This document shows, in pieces, positions 62,656 through 64,000 of a DNA stretch of 64,000 nt (position 1 is the first letter of the stretch; every line of letters starts with the position of its first letter). Position numbers and translations under genes: made by a program. The stretch lies in assembly GCA_963801165.1 (NCBI GenBank), contig CAWDDT010000007.1:128001-192000 (forward strand). Reading direction: 5' to 3'. The DNA comes from an uncultured bacterium. GTDB lineage: Bacteria > Actinomycetota > Acidimicrobiia > Spongiisociales > UBA5794. The notes beneath the pieces were generated by a model that did no database searches, was not told the origin of the DNA, and saw only the letters and a program-made list of their open reading frames with translations.

Positions 62656-62950
62656 ACAGAGGCGCTGGATCGTCGAGGTTGCCGCAGCCCGGCTGGCTCA
62701 CACCGGCGATCGTCCGAGCGCCAATCTGGGCGCTCGAGATGCGACCGCGGGACTGGACCAATGAGTCTCCGGTTCGACTCTGTGCTCCTCTTCGTAGATA
62801 CGCTCGTCCTCTGCGACGAGATGCGTCGTGGGATCGAGCGGCGAGATATTGATCGATTCGGTGGCACACGTGTTTGACTTGCGGCTCGGCTGGGGCAACG
62901 CAGGTTGTGCGGTTCCTGGGGAATGGAGTCGACCGCCTAGCCTCTATCGG

Positions 62951-64000
62951 ATGACGGGCGTGTCTCCGGAGGGCAATCGATTCGGCCGCGACGCATTGAT
63001 CTATTGGATCGTGGCGGCATCGTCGGTCGGCTTCGCACTTTCCTGGTTGGTAGCTCTGGTCATAGGTCGTGTTCCACTCGACTACCTAGGGGATGAGGCA
63101 GCCCGGCTCCTGTTCTCGTACGAGGTCTCTACTCCCCGGTCGCTGGCTTCCTATCTGCTGTCGTCTGAGGCGTGGACGCAAATCCATCCCCCAGGCGATG
63201 CGGCCTTCAAGGGGCTGTTGAACTGGGTCGCACGAGTAGTTATCGATTCACCGGCAGGCTTCATCGAGGTGCACCGGGTAGCCGGGTGGCTGTGTGTCAT
63301 CGCGGGCCTTCTGCTGATCGTTGTCGGTGTCTGGCGGCGTTTCGGTATCAGGGCGGCCATCGTGTTCGGGGCACTTGCGGTGACCTCAACACCGATCATC
63401 AATATTGCACACCACGCTTTCGGCGAGAACTTGGCGACGTTGCTGGTAGGTCTTGCGGTGTTTCGAGTTCTCACTCATCCGATCATGAGGCCGCGGGACG
63501 CGATTCTCGGTGCCTTACCGGTGGCAGCAGCATCGGTGGTGCGACCCGAGGCAGCAGTGGTGTTTGCCGGGCTTGCCCTTGTTCCTCTGCTGGAGCGAAA
63601 GTGGTGGTCTGCTTTCGCGTTTGCCGTCGTCAGTGTTGCCCCCGTAATGCTGATCACGGCTCTCATTGAGTTGACGTCAAACGCGGAGTCCTACGTATCG
63701 ATCAGGCGTTTCTCACGAGTGCCGTTTTTCGATGTCGTGATTGATGAACGTATGCGCGAGATCATCTGGGGAATGGGCGTATTTCCCTTTCTTGGCGTTG
63801 CGGTTCTGCTGCTCGCCGCGTACACACTGGTGCGCCGGTCGCTGACTCTCGGGGTGTTGCTGACCGCCGGGTGGTTGATGTCGGCAGTGCTCTTCACTTC
63901 TGAGATAGCCGTAGGAGCGATTCACCGACAGGAACGGGCCTACGTATTCCCAGCGCTATTTGGCCTGTTGGCTCTGGCCGCTCTCGGATCTGATTGGCTC
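62951..64000 (+). CDS. Multi-pass membrane protein, GT-C-like glycosyltransferase (runs off window)
   Basis: Manual translation, no stop seen: TM1 followed by GDE acidic motif, HPP, later VRPEA, many TM segments. Confidence 0.6.
   Translation, partial: MTGVSPEGNRFGRDALIYWIVAASSVGFALSWLVALVIGRVPLDYLGDEAARLLFSYEVSTPRSLASYLLSSEAWTQIHPPGDAAFKGLLNWVARVVIDSPAGFIEVHRVAGWLCVIAGLLLIVVGVWRRFGIRAAIVFGALAVTSTPIINIAHHAFGENLATLLVGLAVFRVLTHPIMRPRDAILGALPVAAASVVRPEAAVVFAGLALVPLLERKWWSAFAFAVVSVAPVMLITALIELTSNAESYVSIRRFSRVPFFDVVIDERMREIIWGMGVFPFLGVAVLLLAAYTLVRRSLTLGVLLTAGWLMSAVLFTSEIAVGAIHRQERAYVFPALFGLLALAALGSDWL

Noticed and set aside
62656-62950. Small ORFs between cysC and the GT-C-like gene (also 59512-59739)
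   Set aside because: No recognisable motif, SD or consistent frame.

Overview
A high-GC actinobacterial chromosome segment; gene order and the Cys-containing SLH-like repeats suggest Acidimicrobiia (inference). The left half (1-33 kb) is mostly core genes: Mrp/ApbC with a divergent SufR-like regulator, whiB1, LigD-ligase/Ku NHEJ genes, tRNA-Arg(CCG), argS-lysA-hom-thrC-rho-rpmE-prfA-prmC-tsaC-glyA and a complete F1Fo ATP synthase operon. Two antisense interruptions sit in this core: an O-antigen-ligase-like gene, and an alpha-oxoamine synthase plus 10-TM histidine kinase cassette between prfA and prmC. The right half (34-64 kb) is a cell-surface/glycan region: an initiating phosphoglycosyltransferase, two SLH-like surface proteins (frameshifted), a GT2, a methyltransferase/coiled-coil/dual-GT fusion, AlgI/AlgJ-type O-acetylation, rmlCBD, cysDNC and a GT-C-like protein. 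It is interrupted by two divergent vapBC pairs and a homogentisate cluster. Six intergenic sites carry mosaics of palindromic elements that share one architecture. Best leads: (1) the synthase/kinase cassette as a candidate small-molecule signalling system; (2) the structured repeat family with GNA triloops and a compensatory change; (3) a candidate S-layer glycosylation locus; (4) an unknown gene where maleylacetoacetate isomerase is missing. All calls come from reading motifs by eye; no searches were run.
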